A stretch of 64,000 bases of DNA from Eledone cirrhosa (GCA_964016885.1 OZ024756.1:6634001-6698000), one strand, 5' to 3'; counted from the first letter of the stretch, positions 44,070 through 58,696 are shown. Translations and numbers: made by a program. The notes: generated by a model from the letters alone, not told the origin.

Positions 44070-46512
44070 ATGTATAGTGTATATATAGTGTGTATAGTGT
44101 ATATATATAGTGTATATATAGTGTGTATAGTGTATAGTGTATATATATATAGTGTGTATAGTGTATATATAATGTGTATAGTGTATATATAGTGTGTATA
44201 TAGTGTGTATATATAGTGTGTATAGTGTATATATAGTGTGTATAGTGTATATATAGTGTGTATAGTGTATATATATTGTGTATATATAGTGTGTATAGTG
44301 TATATATATAGTGTGTATAGTGTATAAATAGTGTGTATAGTGTGTATATATAGTGTGTATAGTGAATAAGTGAATATATAGTATATACAGTGAATATAAT
44401 ATAAATAGTGTATATATATAGTATAAATAGTGTATATATATAGTATAAATAGTGTATATATATAGTATAAATAGTGTATATATATAATATAAATAGTGTA
44501 TATATATAGTATAAATAGTGTATATATATAGTATAAATAGTGTATATATATAGTATAAATAGTGTATATATATAGTATAAATAGTGTATATATATAGTAT
44601 AAATAGTGTATATATATAGTATAAATAGTGTATATATATAGTATAAATAGTGTATATATATAGTATAAATAGTGTATATATATAGTATAAATAGTGTATA
44701 TATATAGTATAAATAGTGTATATATATAGTATAAATAGTGTATATATATAGTATAAATAGTGTATATATATAGTATAAATAGTGTATATATATAGTATAA
44801 ATAGTGTATATATATAGTATAAATAGTGTATATATATAGTATAAATAGCGCCGAGCCGTATCGGCCATTGCCTTTCCCTTCGATAACATCGGTGGCGTGC
44901 CTTCACATACCTACACACACATACATACAGACACACACACACACACACATACACGAACGCACATATGCACACACAGAAACGCACATACGCACACACAAAT
45001 GCAAATGCGTACACACACATACTGACAAACGCACACACATTCAGAGACACACACACACACACACACTCGCATACAAATGCACACACACACATACACTCGC
45101 ATACTCACATAAAAAAATGCACACACACACATACCAACACGCACACTCACGAACGCACACACACACACACACTCACATATACACACACACACATTCACCA
45201 ACGCGCACACACACACACACACACACCCACCAGCGCACACACACACTCAGCAACGCACACATACTCACACACACATACACATACACAGCCATACAAACAA
45301 ACACACACAGCCATACACACATACATACAGTCATACAAACACCAACACACACGCACACACAGCCACACATACACACACATCCATACAAACAACTCTGCTG
45401 AGATTTATCCGTGTATTTATAGAGAGCAACATTACATTATAGATACTTACACAGCAGCTTAGAAGTGTGTGTGTGTGTACTTGTGTGTGTGTGTTGGTGT
45501 GTGTGTTGGTGTGTGTGTTGGTGTGTGTGTTGGTGTGTGTGTTGGTGTGTGTGTACTTGTGTGTTTGTGTAGGCGGGGGGGGGTCGTGTGTGTGTGTTGG
45601 TGTGTGTGTTGGTGTGTGTGTTGGTGTGTGTGTTGGCGTGTGTGTTGGTGTGTGTGTTGGTGTGTGTGTTGGTGTGTGTGTTGGTGTGTGTGTTGGTGTG
45701 TGTGTTGGTGTGTGTGTTGGTGTGTGTGTTGGTGTGTGTGTTGGTGTGTGTGTTGGTGTGTGTGTTGGTGTGTGTGTTGGTGTGTGTGTTGGTGTGTGTG
45801 TTGGTGTGTGTGTTGGTGTGTGTGTTGGTGTGTGTGTTGGCGTGTGTGTTGGTGTGTGTGTTGGTGTGTGTGTTGGTGTGTGTGTTGGTGTGTGTGTTGG
45901 TGTGTGTGTTGGTGTGTGTGTTGGTGTGTGTGTTGGTGTGTGTGTTGGTGTGTGTGTTGGCGTGTGTGTTGGTGTGTGTGTTGGTGTGTGTGTTGGTGTG
46001 TGTGTACTTGTGTGTTTGTGTAGGCGGGGGGGGGGGGGGGTCGTGTGTGTGTGTTGGTGTGTGTGTTCGTGTGTGTGTGTTCGTGTGTGTGTTCGTGTGT
46101 GTGTTCGTGTGTGTGTTCGTGTGTGTGTTCGTGTTGGTGTGTGTGTGTGTACTTGTGTGTGTGTTCGTGTGTGTATGTGTGTGTGTTCGTGTGTGTGTAT
46201 GTGTGTGTGTTCGTGTGTGTGTATGTGTGTGTGTGGATGGCAGTGTGTGTGTTCGTGTTCGTCTGTGTATGTGTGTGTGTATATGGGTGGTTGTCTGTGT
46301 GTGTGTCTGTGAGTTGTGTATGTGTGTGTGTGTCTATGTGTGTTCGTGCGTGTTTCAGTGTGTATGTGTGTGTTTGTGTGTCCGTGTGTGTGCTTGTGTG
46401 TCCGTATATGTGTATATGTGCATGTGGGTGTGGGTGTTCCTGTGTGTGAGTATAAGCATGTGTATATGTGTATGTGTGTGTGATTATATGTATGTGTATA
46501 TGTATATGTTTG

Positions 46513-46550
<38 letters not shown>

Positions 46551-46555
46551 TATGT

Positions 46556-46592
<37 letters not shown>

Positions 46593-48052
46593 TATGTGTG
46601 TGCCTCTGTGTATATGTATATATGTATGTGTGTGTGTTCGTGTGTGTGCTTGTAAGTGAGTATATGTATGTGTATATGTGTATGATTGTACGTGTGTGTA
46701 TATGTATGCCCCTCTGTGTATAAGTACATGATTGTGTGTGTGTTCGTGTATGTGTGTGTTCGTGTGTGTGTGTTCGTGTATGTGTGTGTTCGTGTGTGTG
46801 TGCCCGCATGTGTGTGTGCCCGCATGTGTGTGCTCGCATATGTGTGTGTGCTCGCATGCATGTGTGCCCGCATATGAGTGTGTATGCCCGCATGTGAGTG
46901 TGTATGCTCGCATGTGAGTGTGTATGCCGGCATGTGTGTGTGTGTGCCCGCATGTGAGTGTGTATGCCCGCATGTGTGTGTGTATGCCCGCATGTGAGTG
47001 TGTGTGCCCGCATGTGTGTGTGTATGCCCGCATGTGTGTGTGTATGCCCGCATGTGTGTGTGTATGCCCGCATGTGAGTGTGTATGCCCGCATGTGTGTG
47101 TGTATGCCCGCATGTGTGTGTGTATGCCCGCATGTGAGTGTGTATGCCCGCATGTGTGTGTGTATGCCCGCATGTGAGTGTGTGTGCCCGCATGTGTGTG
47201 TGTATGCCCGCATGTGTGTGTGTATGCCCGCATGTGTGTGTGTATGCCCGCATGTGAGTGTGTATGCCCGCATGTGTGTGTGTATGCCCGCATGTGAGTG
47301 TGTGTGCCCGCATGTGAGTGTGTATGCCCGCATGTGAGTGTGTGTGCCCGCATGTGAGTGTGTGTGCCCGCATGTGTGTGTGTGTGCCCGCATGTGTGTG
47401 TGTGTGTATTACACACATGTATACAATATCTTATATAAACATATACAGAGATTATTCAGTAAAGACTACTTGTCAATAATATTCCCTCCCTCCCTGCCTC
47501 TCTCTCCCTTCCTATCACTTTCTCTCTCTTTCCCTCTCTGTTTCTGTCACTCTCGCTCTCTATCTCTCCCGACTTCCCTCTCTCTATCATCTCTCTTTCC
47601 CTCTCTGTTTCTGTCTCTCTCTCTCACTCTATCTCTCCCTACTTCCCTCTCTCTTTCTATCATGTCTCTCTCTCTCTTTCCCCTCTCTGTTTTTGTCACT
47701 CTCGCTCTCTATCTCTCCCGACTTCCCTCTCTCTATCATCTCTCTTTCCCTCTCTGTTTCTGTCTCTCTCTCTCACTCTATCTCTCCCTACTTCCCTCTC
47801 TCTTTCTATCATGTCTCTCTCTCTCTTTCCCTCTCTGTTTCTGTCACTCTCTCACTCTATCTCTCCCTACTTCCCTCTCTCTTTCTATCATGTCTCTCTC
47901 TCTCTTTCCCTCTCTGTTTCTGTCACTCTCTCTCACTATCTCTCCCTACTTCCCTCTCTCTTTCTATCATGTCTCTCTCTCTCTCTCTTTCCCTCTCTGT
48001 TTCTGTCACTCTCTCTCACTATCTCTCCCTACTTCTCTCTCTCTTTCTATCA

Positions 48053-48104
<52 letters not shown>

Positions 48105-48240
48105 CGCTCTCTCTTCCCTCTCTCTTTCTATCACGCTCTCTTTCCCTATCTCAGTCTCTCTCTCCTTCCTTCTCTCTCTCCTTCACTTTCTCTGTCTATC
48201 TCAATCTCACCCTCTTCATGTCACCTTTCTCTCTCCATCT

Positions 48241-48297
<57 letters not shown>

Positions 48298-48582
48298 GTT
48301 CGCTCTCTCTCTCTTACACTCTCTCCGCTTCTCCCTCTCTTTCTCCGTCAATTGATAACCAATCCTGGACAGCTTCCAAGTTACTGTCCCAGTCTCGTCT
48401 ACAATATCGCACACACGTGCACAGAGAGATAGAGAGCAGAGAGAGAAGAGAGAGAGAGAGCAGAGAGAGAGAGAGCAGAGAGAGAGAGAGAGCAGAGAGA
48501 GAGAGAGAGCAGAGAGAGAGAGAGCAGAGAGGGAGAGAGCAGAGAGGGAGAGAGCGAGAGAGAGAGAGAGAGCAGAGAGAGC

Positions 48583-48615
<33 letters not shown>

Positions 48616-49220
48616 GAGAGCAGAGAGAGCAGAGAGAGAGAGAGCAGAGAGGGAGAGAGCAGAGAGAGAGAGAGCAGAGAGGGAGAGAGCGAGAGAGAGA
48701 GAGAGAGCAGAGAGGGAGAGAGCGAGAGAGAGAGAGAGAGAGCAGAGAGAGAGAGAGCAGAGAGGGAGAGAGAGAGAGAGAGCAGAGAGAGAGAGAGCAG
48801 AGAGAGAGAGCAGAGAGAGAGAGAGAGCGAGAGAGAGAGAGAGAGAGAGCAGAGAGAGCAGAGAGAGAGAGAGAGAGCAGAGAGAGAGAGAGAGCAGAGA
48901 GAGAGAGAGCAGAGAGAGAGAGAGAGCAGAGAGAGAGCAGAGAGAGAGAGAGCGAGAGAGAGAGAGAGAGCAGAGAGAGAGAGAGCAGAGAGAGATGGAG
49001 TGAGAGTATGATATAAACACACACACAATAGATAAACACACGCACACTCACAGATAAACACACACACATAAATAAACATACACACACACAGATAAACACA
49101 CATACACACAAATAAACACACACATACAGAGAAATAAACACACAAACACACACACACTGAAATAAACACACACATATAGATAAACACAGACACACACACA
49201 CGCACAGAAATAAACAGACA
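44070..49220. repeat. 5-kb run of successive tandem arrays: 22-bp TATAGTATAAATAGTGTATATA, (CA)n, 12-bp TTGGTGTGTGTG, 20-bp GCCCGCATGTGTGTGTGTAT, (CT)-rich higher-order repeat, (AG)n with C interruptions
   Basis: Direct reading. Confidence 0.95.
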
Positions 49221-49721
49221 CAGTGGTTTATTTATGGTAAATAGTAAAGATCTTGGTGGGACTCCCTGGTAAATATTGCGAACCCCCTTCTAAACTAAAC
49301 ACAATGTTCCTCATTGTATTAGACGCTGTAATCCCAGGCAGGGTTTCAGAGAGCTGAGTAGGGAATCCAGCAATACCTGACCACATACCCCCGAACCCCG
49401 TGTCCCCATAAATGTTTGAGATCCACATCGTTTAGGGTGTGACGTCAGACAGAAGAGTACGTTTCTATATATAGAAATATATTCTACAATATTGCGAATT
49501 CCAGATTTCGCTTGTTTGACATTCTTGAGAAATATTTCTTTTGTTTATTTATATATTTCTGCATCCAGAAATAAATAGCCGTCAAAACGGCTTGAGCTCT
49601 GCCGTCGGGGTTAAACATTTTCCTATTACCCACTCTACTACCGCAAGTACTCCGTACTCTGGTGCGTTATGGTCTATCTGGTTCCTTACCACACTTCCTT
49701 TATTATATTTTATTCCACTAG

Positions 49722-49975
49722 TCTGTGTCAAGCCCGGCAGTTCATCAGGCTGGTGTTAATCCTGGTTTTCAAGGCGTGAAGTGACTGAGAATACACTACT
49801 CACACCCCCTGGACAGGACGCCAGTCCTTCACAGGTTTAAACTCCACAGCTATTGCTGGTACTCCTTTTCAGCTGAGTATACTGGAGCAATAACCCAATA
49901 ACCCAGTCTAAGAATGGAACCCACAACACTACGATCGCAAGTCCAACACACTTGCCACTAGGCCACGCGCCTCCA
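49722..49975 (-). mobile_element. tRNA-derived SINE with V-domain-like core
   Basis: Minus strand CCTGTGAAGGACTGGCGTCCTGTCCAGGGG resembles the V-SINE domain. Head TGGAGGCGCGTGGCCTAGTGG. Confidence 0.65.
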
Positions 49976-49980
49976 TATTA

Positions 49981-50026
49981 TACAATGCAGTGGAATAAGA
50001 TTAATATCTTATTCCACTGCATTGTA
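49981..50026. repeat. Perfect 21-bp inverted repeat with 4-nt loop
   Basis: TACAATGCAGTGGAATAAGAT-TAAT-ATCTTATTCCACTGCATTGTA. Confidence 0.95.
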
Positions 50027-50139
50027 AAATCCCGCTAGGAGGCTCTGCTTTCTTGATATATATTATATTTTGAAGGAAAAAGGCGGGAATAAGCCACAAT
50101 TGGAGAGTTGTTGATTACCTGCCTGCTGGATCACAGCTG

Positions 50140-51125
50140 ACCGACGACGACGACAACAACAACAACACCATCACACCACCGCCGCCGCCAACACCAACAA
50201 GAGCAACAACAACAACATCAATATCGGCATCACCAAAAAATTCAGGTCTGCCAGACCAAAGCTGATCTACTGTTAAACAACAATAAATATAATGCCACCA
50301 ACAACACCACCACCACCAACAACACCACCACCAATTACAGCACAACCACCACCAACACCACCAACACCATCACAAATTACACCACCAACAACAGCACCAA
50401 CACCACCACCAATTACAGACACCACCAACATCACCACCAACACCACCACCAACAACACCACCACCAATTACAGCACAACCACCACCAACACCACCAACAC
50501 CATCACAAATTACACCACCAACACCACCACCAATTACAGACACCACCACCAACACCACCAACAACACCAACACCACTACCATCACAAATTACATCACCAC
50601 CAACAACAACAACACCACCACAATTACAGCACCACCACCACCAACACCAATTACAGCACCGCCACCAGCACAAATTACACCAGCACCACCACCAACACCA
50701 ACACCACTACCATCACAATTTACACCACCACCAACACCAACACCAATTACAGCACCACCAGCACCACCACCAACACCAACACCAACACCACTACCATCAC
50801 AAATTACATCACCACCAACAACACCAACACCAACAACACCAATTACAGCACCGCCACCAGCACAAATTACACCACCACCATCAACAACACCAACACCATC
50901 ACAATTTACACCACCACCAACAACAACACCAACACCACCACCACCAGCACAAATTACACCACCATCATCAACAACACTACCATCACAATTTACACCACCA
51001 CCACCAACACCAACACCAATTACAGCACCGCCACCATCACAAATTACACCACCACCACCACCACCATCAACAACACCATCGCCAACAACACCACCACCAC
51101 CACCACCACCACCAAGCCACACCAT
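50140..51125. repeat. (CAC/CAA)n array with recurring AATTAC
   Basis: Direct reading. Confidence 0.92.
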
Positions 51126-51592
51126 TGAAGGAGCCTCTATATATTAGAAATAACAATCAAATTTCCCCCAATTAACACCCACGTGACTTAATACAAAACA
51201 TGAAGTGACAAGGTTTGGAGAGAGGAGTCATTCCTTACATAATTACATCCTTAATAACCACAGAACCTACGACTGGATCAGAGTTGACCTAGGGTTAAAT
51301 AACAACAACAGTAATACTAAACGTATAGGCTATGTAACCGGTAAACCCTAAAGGGACGCACCACATATATCGCTATAGTGTTTCACCAGTCCCTTCTTTC
51401 CTCAATCATTCATATATGTGTGTGCGTGTTGTGCGTGCGTGTATGTGTGTATGTGTGCGTGTATGTATGTATGTGTGTGTATGTGCGTGCATGTGTGTAT
51501 GTGTGCGTGTGTGCGTGTATGTATGTATGTGTATGTGTGCATGTATGCGTGTGTATGTGTGTATGTGTGTGTGTATGTGTGTCTCTGTGTGT

Positions 51593-51633
<41 letters not shown>

Positions 51634-52124
51634 TGTTTGTGTTTGTGCACTTCTGTCGCCTGTTTCTGTTTATGTATTTACATTTCGTATGGACGACTAA
51701 ATGTTTTTAACTTGTTTTTTAATAATTGATGGTGAAAAGGGTTTCAAATTGTCTTAACTCAAAGCGCAATAGGGCGCAATTAATGTTGCCTGACACTCTT
51801 ACCGGCTACATAGGCTCGGAGTCTATTTTACCGGGACCGTATACACGAGTTGTTATCGTTTGGACATCTTCCACACTTCATACCATATATTTGATAAGTT
51901 AGCACAACAACAACGACAACAACTTTATTTTGGCCGCTATGGGGCGGGGGTACAGTTAAAAGGCATGGACGGAGAGGATTGACGAGCTTTATTTCTAGTA
52001 ATATGGTTCCACAGGATCAAAAGACATAGTCTTCGGTCAAGAATATGATAAGAACCTCTCCCCGTTTAATAACTTTCAGTTACTTTACGTTGGACAGCTT
52101 ATCTTCACATTATTTCTCATTCAT

Positions 52125-52236
52125 GAGTGCAAATCCCGCCGAGGTTAACTTTGCCTTTCATCCTTTCGGGGTCGATAAAATAAAGTACCAGTAATGTACT
52201 GGTTAATTGCCGGCCTTGTGCAAAAAGGTAGAAACA
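52125..52236 (+). mobile_element. 5'-truncated SINE A, 16-bp TSD
   Basis: ATTATTTCTCATTCAT at 52109-52124 and 52237-52252. Confidence 0.88.
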
Positions 52237-52606
52237 ATTATTTCTCATTCATCTCCACCTTAACTCACTCACTCACTCACTCACTTTCACTTTATAAATA
52301 AATATGTGAGAGAAATGGAAGAGATGCCTTGCGGTGTTTACTGAATCTTTGCATCCTGAGTTCAAATCCATCCTTAGTTTATTTGGCCCCTTGGGTGGGC
52401 CTTTAGTGGGATCTACCCTGTTGCCAAAATGCAGGCTAATTCTTCAGTTTGGGGATACTTTACTGCCCACCTTCCACCCCCTACAGCCAGCCACAGATGC
52501 CCTAAAAGGGATCACAGAATCTATACTTCCCTCTACAGACGAAGTCATTGTAAAACGGGATACAATTACTGGAGTTTCCCACCTGAACAGTACACTTAAT
52601 TTATAT

Positions 52607-52948
52607 CAGAAGTTCTCAAAGTGGGAGCTATCACCCCCTGGGGGGGGGGGGGGCGTTGAAGAGGTCCAGGGGTCACTGGAGCCTAAGTTGGTGATAGAGA
52701 TGATATAATAGTATATTAAATATCAAATGATATATATTATATATAAATATAGTAAAATATAAAATATTTAATATTTATACATAGTATATTTTATATCATT
52801 TATTATATATAAATTAACGATTTTATTTATTATATATTATTTACAACTTGCGTGTAGGTACGTCTGTCTGGAAATAGGGGTGGGTGTGCTGAGGGTATTA
52901 TGTGGCCGTGAGGGGGTGGGGGTGGCCCAAAAGGTTTGAGAATCTCTG
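52607..52948. mobile_element. hAT-type (Charlie/MER5-like) MITE
   Basis: TIRs CAGAAGTTCTCAAA and TTTGAGAATCTCTG. 8-bp TSD ATTTATAT (52599-606) and ATTTATAC (52949-56). Confidence 0.85.
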
Positions 52949-53343
52949 ATTTATACGAAGTGAAACATAACTATGCTAGCTGATATATAAATTCAACTGG
53001 AGTGAAACAACTTCACAACTTGCAATGTACGCTCGAACTATAGGAGTTAACCACAACTCTAAAATCTGAGTTATACACTCGACTTATTTAAAGTTAACCA
53101 CACTACGTATGTTAAATTAACAGCGGAAATATAAGCTGTCCCAAGTGACGACACCACACGAATTGCTTCAGATAAACTGATGATCTACGAGCGTTTGATG
53201 AAGGAACTAAACCTAGTCTATAAACGGAAGGCGGGAAAGATTGCTAGAGATGTCAACATGAATGGACCAGTTATTTTTATCTAAAGACATTTTTTCCAAT
53301 TCCCTCCCGCCCGTCCCCTCAATCTATTTTATTTATCATTCTT

Positions 53344-53379
53344 TCTTCTGATGAAGGAATAGCGTACGAAACGTTAAGA
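53344..53379 (+). ncRNA. Minimal type I hammerhead (Penelope-type, CG stem III)
   Basis: TCTT-CTGATGA-AGGAATAGCGTAC-GAAA-CG-TT-AAGA. Confidence 0.7.
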
Positions 53380-53635
53380 CACACTTCCTGCTATATCACG
53401 CGTTAACCTAATATATACCTTCCATATACTGTACAGATTGTGTTATTTCTGTTTACCTTTTATACACAAAAAACTAAACTAACAGAGGAATGCAATAGTA
53501 CACAATTATATTAGGTTCACGATGCAATGTTATATATATAAATATAGTTATACTTTGGGGAGGGATATATATATATATATATACATATATATATGAAATA
53601 AAGTTAAATAAAAAGTAAAATGTTTAAAATTTAGC

Positions 53636-53707
53636 TTCGGTTATTACTGCTATATATATATTTCAGTGACAGCCATCTTTGGCTGTGACCTCTTCAGGCA
53701 GTCCGAA
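53636..53707 (-). ncRNA. Type I hammerhead with bulged stem I and long stem II
   Basis: Minus strand reads TTCGG-ACTGC-CTGAAGA-GGTCACAGCC-AAAGAT-GGCTGTCACT-GAAA-TATATATA-TA-GCAGT-AATAA-CCGAA. Confidence 0.82.
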
Positions 53708-53820
53708 TTAGTGTGGTATAGACAAGTACATATGTTGTTGAGTTGTATAATTTTGTCAATACTCTGATATGCCCAGTTCCTGATTGGGTTGTTATTTCAC
53801 TCAGGAACTGGAATCACATA

Positions 53821-56415
53821 TATACTGTCTCTAGTTGACCACACCAACCAAAGCAGTAGACTGTCTCTAGGTGACCACACAAACCCCAACACTAGACTGT
53901 CTTTGGTTGACCACACCAACCACAGCACTAGACTGTCTCTAGTTGACCACACCAACCCCAGCAATAGACTGTCTCTAATTGACCACACTAACCCCAGCAC
54001 TAGACTGTCTCTAGTTAACCACACCAATCCCAGCACTATACTCTCTAAAGTTGATCACACCAACCCCAGAACTAGACTGTCTCTAGTTGACCACACCAAC
54101 CCCAGAACTAGACTGTCTCTAGTTGACCACACCAACCCCAGCACTATACTGTCTCTAGTTGACCACACCAACCCCAGCACTAGACTGTCTCTAGTTGACC
54201 ACACCAACCCCAGCACTAGACTGTCTCTAGTTGACCACACCAACCCCAGCACTAGACTGTCTCTAGTTGACCACACCAACCCCAGCACTAGACTGTCTCT
54301 AGTTGACCACACCAACCCCAGCACTAGACTGTCTCTAGTTGACCACACAACCCCAGCACTAGACTGTCTCTAGTTGACCACATCAACCACAGCACTAGAC
54401 TGTCTCTAGTTGACCACACCAACCCCAGCATAGACTGTCTCTAGTTGACCACACCAATCCCAGCACTAGACTGTCTCTAGTTGACCACACCAACCCCAGC
54501 ACTACACTGTCTCTAGTTGACCACACCAACCCCAGCACTATACTGTCTCTAGTTGACCACACCAACCCCAGAACTAGACTGTCTCTAGTTGACCCCACTA
54601 AACCCCAGCACTAGACTGTCTCTAGTTGACCACACCAACCACAGCACTAGACTGTCTCTAGTTGACCCCACTAAACCCCAGCACTAGACTGTCTCTAGTT
54701 GACCACACCAACCCCAGCACTAGACTGTCTCTAGTTGACCCCACTAAACCCCAGCACTAGACTGTCTCTAGTTGACCACACCAACCCCAGCACTACACTG
54801 TCTCTAGTTGACCACACCAACCCCAGCATAGACTGTCTCTAGTTGACCCCACTAAACCCCAGCACTAGACTGTCTCTAGTTGACCACACCAACCACAGCA
54901 CTAGACTGTCTCTAGTTGATCACACCAACCACAGTACTAGACTGTCTCTAGTTGACCACACCAACCCCAGCACTAGACTGTTTATAGTTGACCACAGCAA
55001 CCACAGCACTAGACTGTCTCTAGTTGACCACACCAACCCCAGCACTAGACTGTCTCTAGTTGACCACACCAACCCCAGCACTAGACTGTCTCTAGTTGAC
55101 CACACCAACCACAGCACTAGACTGTCTCTAGTTGACCACACCAACCCCAGCACTAGACTGTCTAGTTGACCACACCAACCACAGCACTAGACTGTCTCTA
55201 GTTGACCACACCAACCCCAGCATAGACTGTCTCTAGTTGACCACACCAACCCCAGAACTAGACTGTCTCTAGTTGACCCCACTAAACCCCAGCACTAGAC
55301 TGTCTCTAGTTGACCACACCAACCACAGCACTAGACTGTCTCTAGTTGACCACACCAACCCCAGCACTAGACTGTCTAGTTGACCACACCAACCACAGCA
55401 CTAGACTGTCTCTAGTTGACCACACCAACCCCAGCACTACACTGTCTCTAGTTGACCCCACTAAACCCCATCACTAGACTGTCTCTAGTTGACCACACCA
55501 ACCACAGCACTAGACTGTCTCTAGTTGACCACACCAACCACAGCACTAGACTGTCTCTAGTTGACCCCACTAAACCCCAGCACTAGACTGTCTCTAGTTG
55601 ACCACACCAACCACAGCACTAGACTGTCTCTAGTTGACCACACCAACCCCAGCACTAGACTGTCTCTAGTTGACCACACCAACCCCAGCATAGACTGTCT
55701 CTAGTTGACCCCACTAAACCCCAGCACTAGACTGTCTCTAGTTGACCACACCAACCACAGCACTAGACTGTCTCTAGTTGACCACACCAACCACAGCACT
55801 AGACTGTCTCTAGTTGACCACACCAACCACAGCACTAGACTGTCTCTAGTTGACCACACCAACCCCAGCACTAGACTGTCTCTAGTTGACCACATCAACC
55901 CCAGCACTAGACTGTCTCTAGTTGACCACACCAACCACAGCACTAGACTGTCTCTAGTTGACCACACCAATCCCAGCACTAGACTGTTTCTAGTTGACCA
56001 CACCAACCACAGCACTAGACTGTCTCTAGTTGACCACACCAACCCCAGCATAGACTGTCTCTAGTTGACCCCACTAAACCCCAGCACTAGACTGTCTCTA
56101 GTTGACCACACCAACCACAGCACTAGACTGTCTCTAGTTGACCACACCAACCACAGCACTAGACTGTCTCTAGTTGACCATACCACCCACAGCACTAGAC
56201 TTCTCTAGTTGACCACACCAACCCCAGCACTAGACTGTTTCTAGTTGACCACACCAACCCCAGCATAGACTGTCTCTAGTTGACCCCACTAAACCCCAGC
56301 ACTAGACTGTCTCTAGTTGACCACACCAACCACAGCACTAGACTGTCTCTAGTTGACCACACCAACCCCAGCACTAGACTGTCTCTGGTTGACCACACCA
56401 ACCACATAACTAGTC
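53821..56415. repeat. 36-bp minisatellite, ~72 copies (ACTAGACTGTCTCTAGTTGACCACACCAACCCCAGC)
   Basis: Head-to-tail units with point variants and no spacers. Confidence 0.97.
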
Positions 56416-57441
56416 TGTGTCTCTTTTTTCCACTCCAAAAGTAAGTAAAGCAAACCCAGATATGATGAAACCCAAGGTAAAAATGTAAAAAGCCCAAGGA
56501 AAGGCCGCAAAGCGTCGACCGACATACCAACGATTCCGACAACCTACCATTCTTAAAAGGTGATTGAGTTTTTATAGTTTCGAGTTCAGATTGCGTGTAA
56601 TAACATCCTTGCTAATGGTGTCAACAATACTTAAGAACGACGATTGTCACAACTACAACAGCATGACGACGATAACAAGTGTCAAAACATCTCCTAGCTA
56701 GAGTTAGTTTCACGTGTGACTATCAGCTAGACACAATGACAACAACTATAACAACAACAACAACAACGGTCACTACAACTATGATAACCAGAATCACTAC
56801 AACACAACTACAACGGCTATACCCCCGACACAACTACAGTCACTATAGCAAACACACGCACTAAATACAACTGCAACATCCACACACTCACAACGACAGA
56901 AGCAGCCACAACCACAACACAACCACAACTATGATAATCACTTTCATTACAACAACAACAAAACAGCAAAAACGCTGATACAACAAATAAGTTCAACTAA
57001 GAGCCTATACATATATATGTGTGCGTGTGTGTGTGTGTGTGTGTGTGAGACGTCGTTCAAACTGCGAGAAATAGCAGTCAAACTTTCCTCAAATTACTCT
57101 AATGCTTTAAGAAATAAAAACATACATTTGATAAAGCTGTTTCAGGCGAGTGCAATTGTTATGAAGGGCTCCAGTGGTGAGCACCTCGTCCTTATAGAGG
57201 GATATATTTCTAGCAGTTTGGGGGAACCACGTAGAGGTTCCCAATAGAGTTTTAGATAGAACATGTCTGAGTAAAAGAAGGAATAGTGACCACTGGGAGG
57301 ACTTTAAATAAATTGGTCCCTGGATCAGGACTGGCCTAGGGCTAAACAACAACTTCATTGATAAATACAACATCAGCAGCAACAACAACAATAGTTACAA
57401 CACTGGAAAGACCACAATAACAATAAAGAACCTTACACGAA

Positions 57442-57872
57442 TGACCACTGTAAAGAGAGAACTATCCGAGAGTGACCTCTGTTAAGATAGGGAACTATCC
57501 GAGAGTGACCACTTTAATCTTACGGAAATATCCGAGAGTGACCTCTGTAAACATAGAGAACTATCAGAGAGTGACCACTGTAAACATAGGGAACTATCCG
57601 AGAGTGACCACTGTAAACATAGAGAACTATCCGAGAGTGACCACTGTAAACATAGAGAACTATCCGAGAGTGACCACTGTAAAGATATGGAACTATCCGT
57701 GAGTGACCACTGTAAACAGAGAAATATCCGAGAGTGACCTCTGTAAAGATATGGAACTATCCGAGAGTGACCACTGTAAAGATATGGAACTATCCGAGAG
57801 TGACCACTGTAAAGATAGGGAAATATCCGAGAGTGACCACTGTAAAGATAGGGAAATATCCGAGAGTGACCA
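57442..57872. repeat. 33-bp minisatellite, ~13 copies
   Basis: GAGTGACCACTGTAAA.ATAG.GAACTATCCGA repeated. Confidence 0.95.
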
Positions 57873-58433
57873 CAATAACAATGTCCTCAAGTGACGTGAG
57901 GGTTGTGCCGATTCATAGACGTTGGATGGGGGAGGAGGGAGAAATCCAAAGAATAACCTCGGATCCACACAAGAATGACCAAAATAACAATAACCCCGAG
58001 AGGGGAGGGATTCTGACGGTTCATTGATTTGGGGCCTAAATAGACAAGGAAACTGCTATGAATATCTGATGCTAACCCTCTCTCTTTCCTCATCAGCAAC
58101 ATCTCAGCCCCCCCCCCCCCCCCCCCGGGACTGAAAACTCTCCAGTTCCGCTTTACAACATTTCTGCCCTGAACACGTGGTTGACCACATGGCGGCAAAT
58201 TGTGAAAGTCGTTAGAAACTATGATAAAATGATAAAAAAATATGCCTTGCCGTATTTGTTCCGACTCTCTGTGGACTTACTCCGTTTTCTATCCTCTAGG
58301 GGCCGAACAAATTAAGCAGCAGCCTTGCACGGTATATCGACAGAATTGTTAGAGTATCGGACGAGATAGTTTGCAGTGTTTATTCCAGCCCTTTGCCTTC
58401 TGAGTTCAAGTCCTTCTGTATTCCACACGACTA

Positions 58434-58696
58434 CATTGCTGGACTTACTTATAAAAGTCGGGGACCTCATTTCTTAAAATATATTTTCATTTTATGCTTA
58501 GTTTGTACTTTTTAACACTAAATCATCAAAAACTATATATATATATATATATATACATGGATATATATATATGCATATATATATATGCATATTATTTATT
58601 CTTTATCACTCATTAATATATCAAATAAAAATTGCTATTTTGTTTTAGAGAACTACCTAAATGTTTTTATAGCTTAGGGTTATAAGTCCGGCCCTG
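58434..58696. mobile_element. Possible old hAT MITE
   Basis: CATTGCTGGACTTA versus the reverse complement of the right end, CAGGGCCGGACTTA. The TSD is poorly preserved. Confidence 0.35.

Noticed and set aside
50292-51128. Thr/Asn-rich mucin-like ORF (278 aa)
   Set aside because: It is a (CAC/CAA)n array with no signal peptide or domain and no convincing splice sites. An exon cannot be fully excluded without RNA-seq.
53789-56542. TRLSLVDHTNPS repeat ORFs, and possible CRISPR array
   Set aside because: There are no spacers, and frequent 1-2-nt deletions break the frame, which is inconsistent with coding constraint.
56420-56575. Basic peptide (KAQGKAAKRRPTYQRF) after a polypyrimidine tract, faintly like ribosomal protein eS30
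   Set aside because: It has an in-frame stop, only weak similarity and no consistent splice frame.
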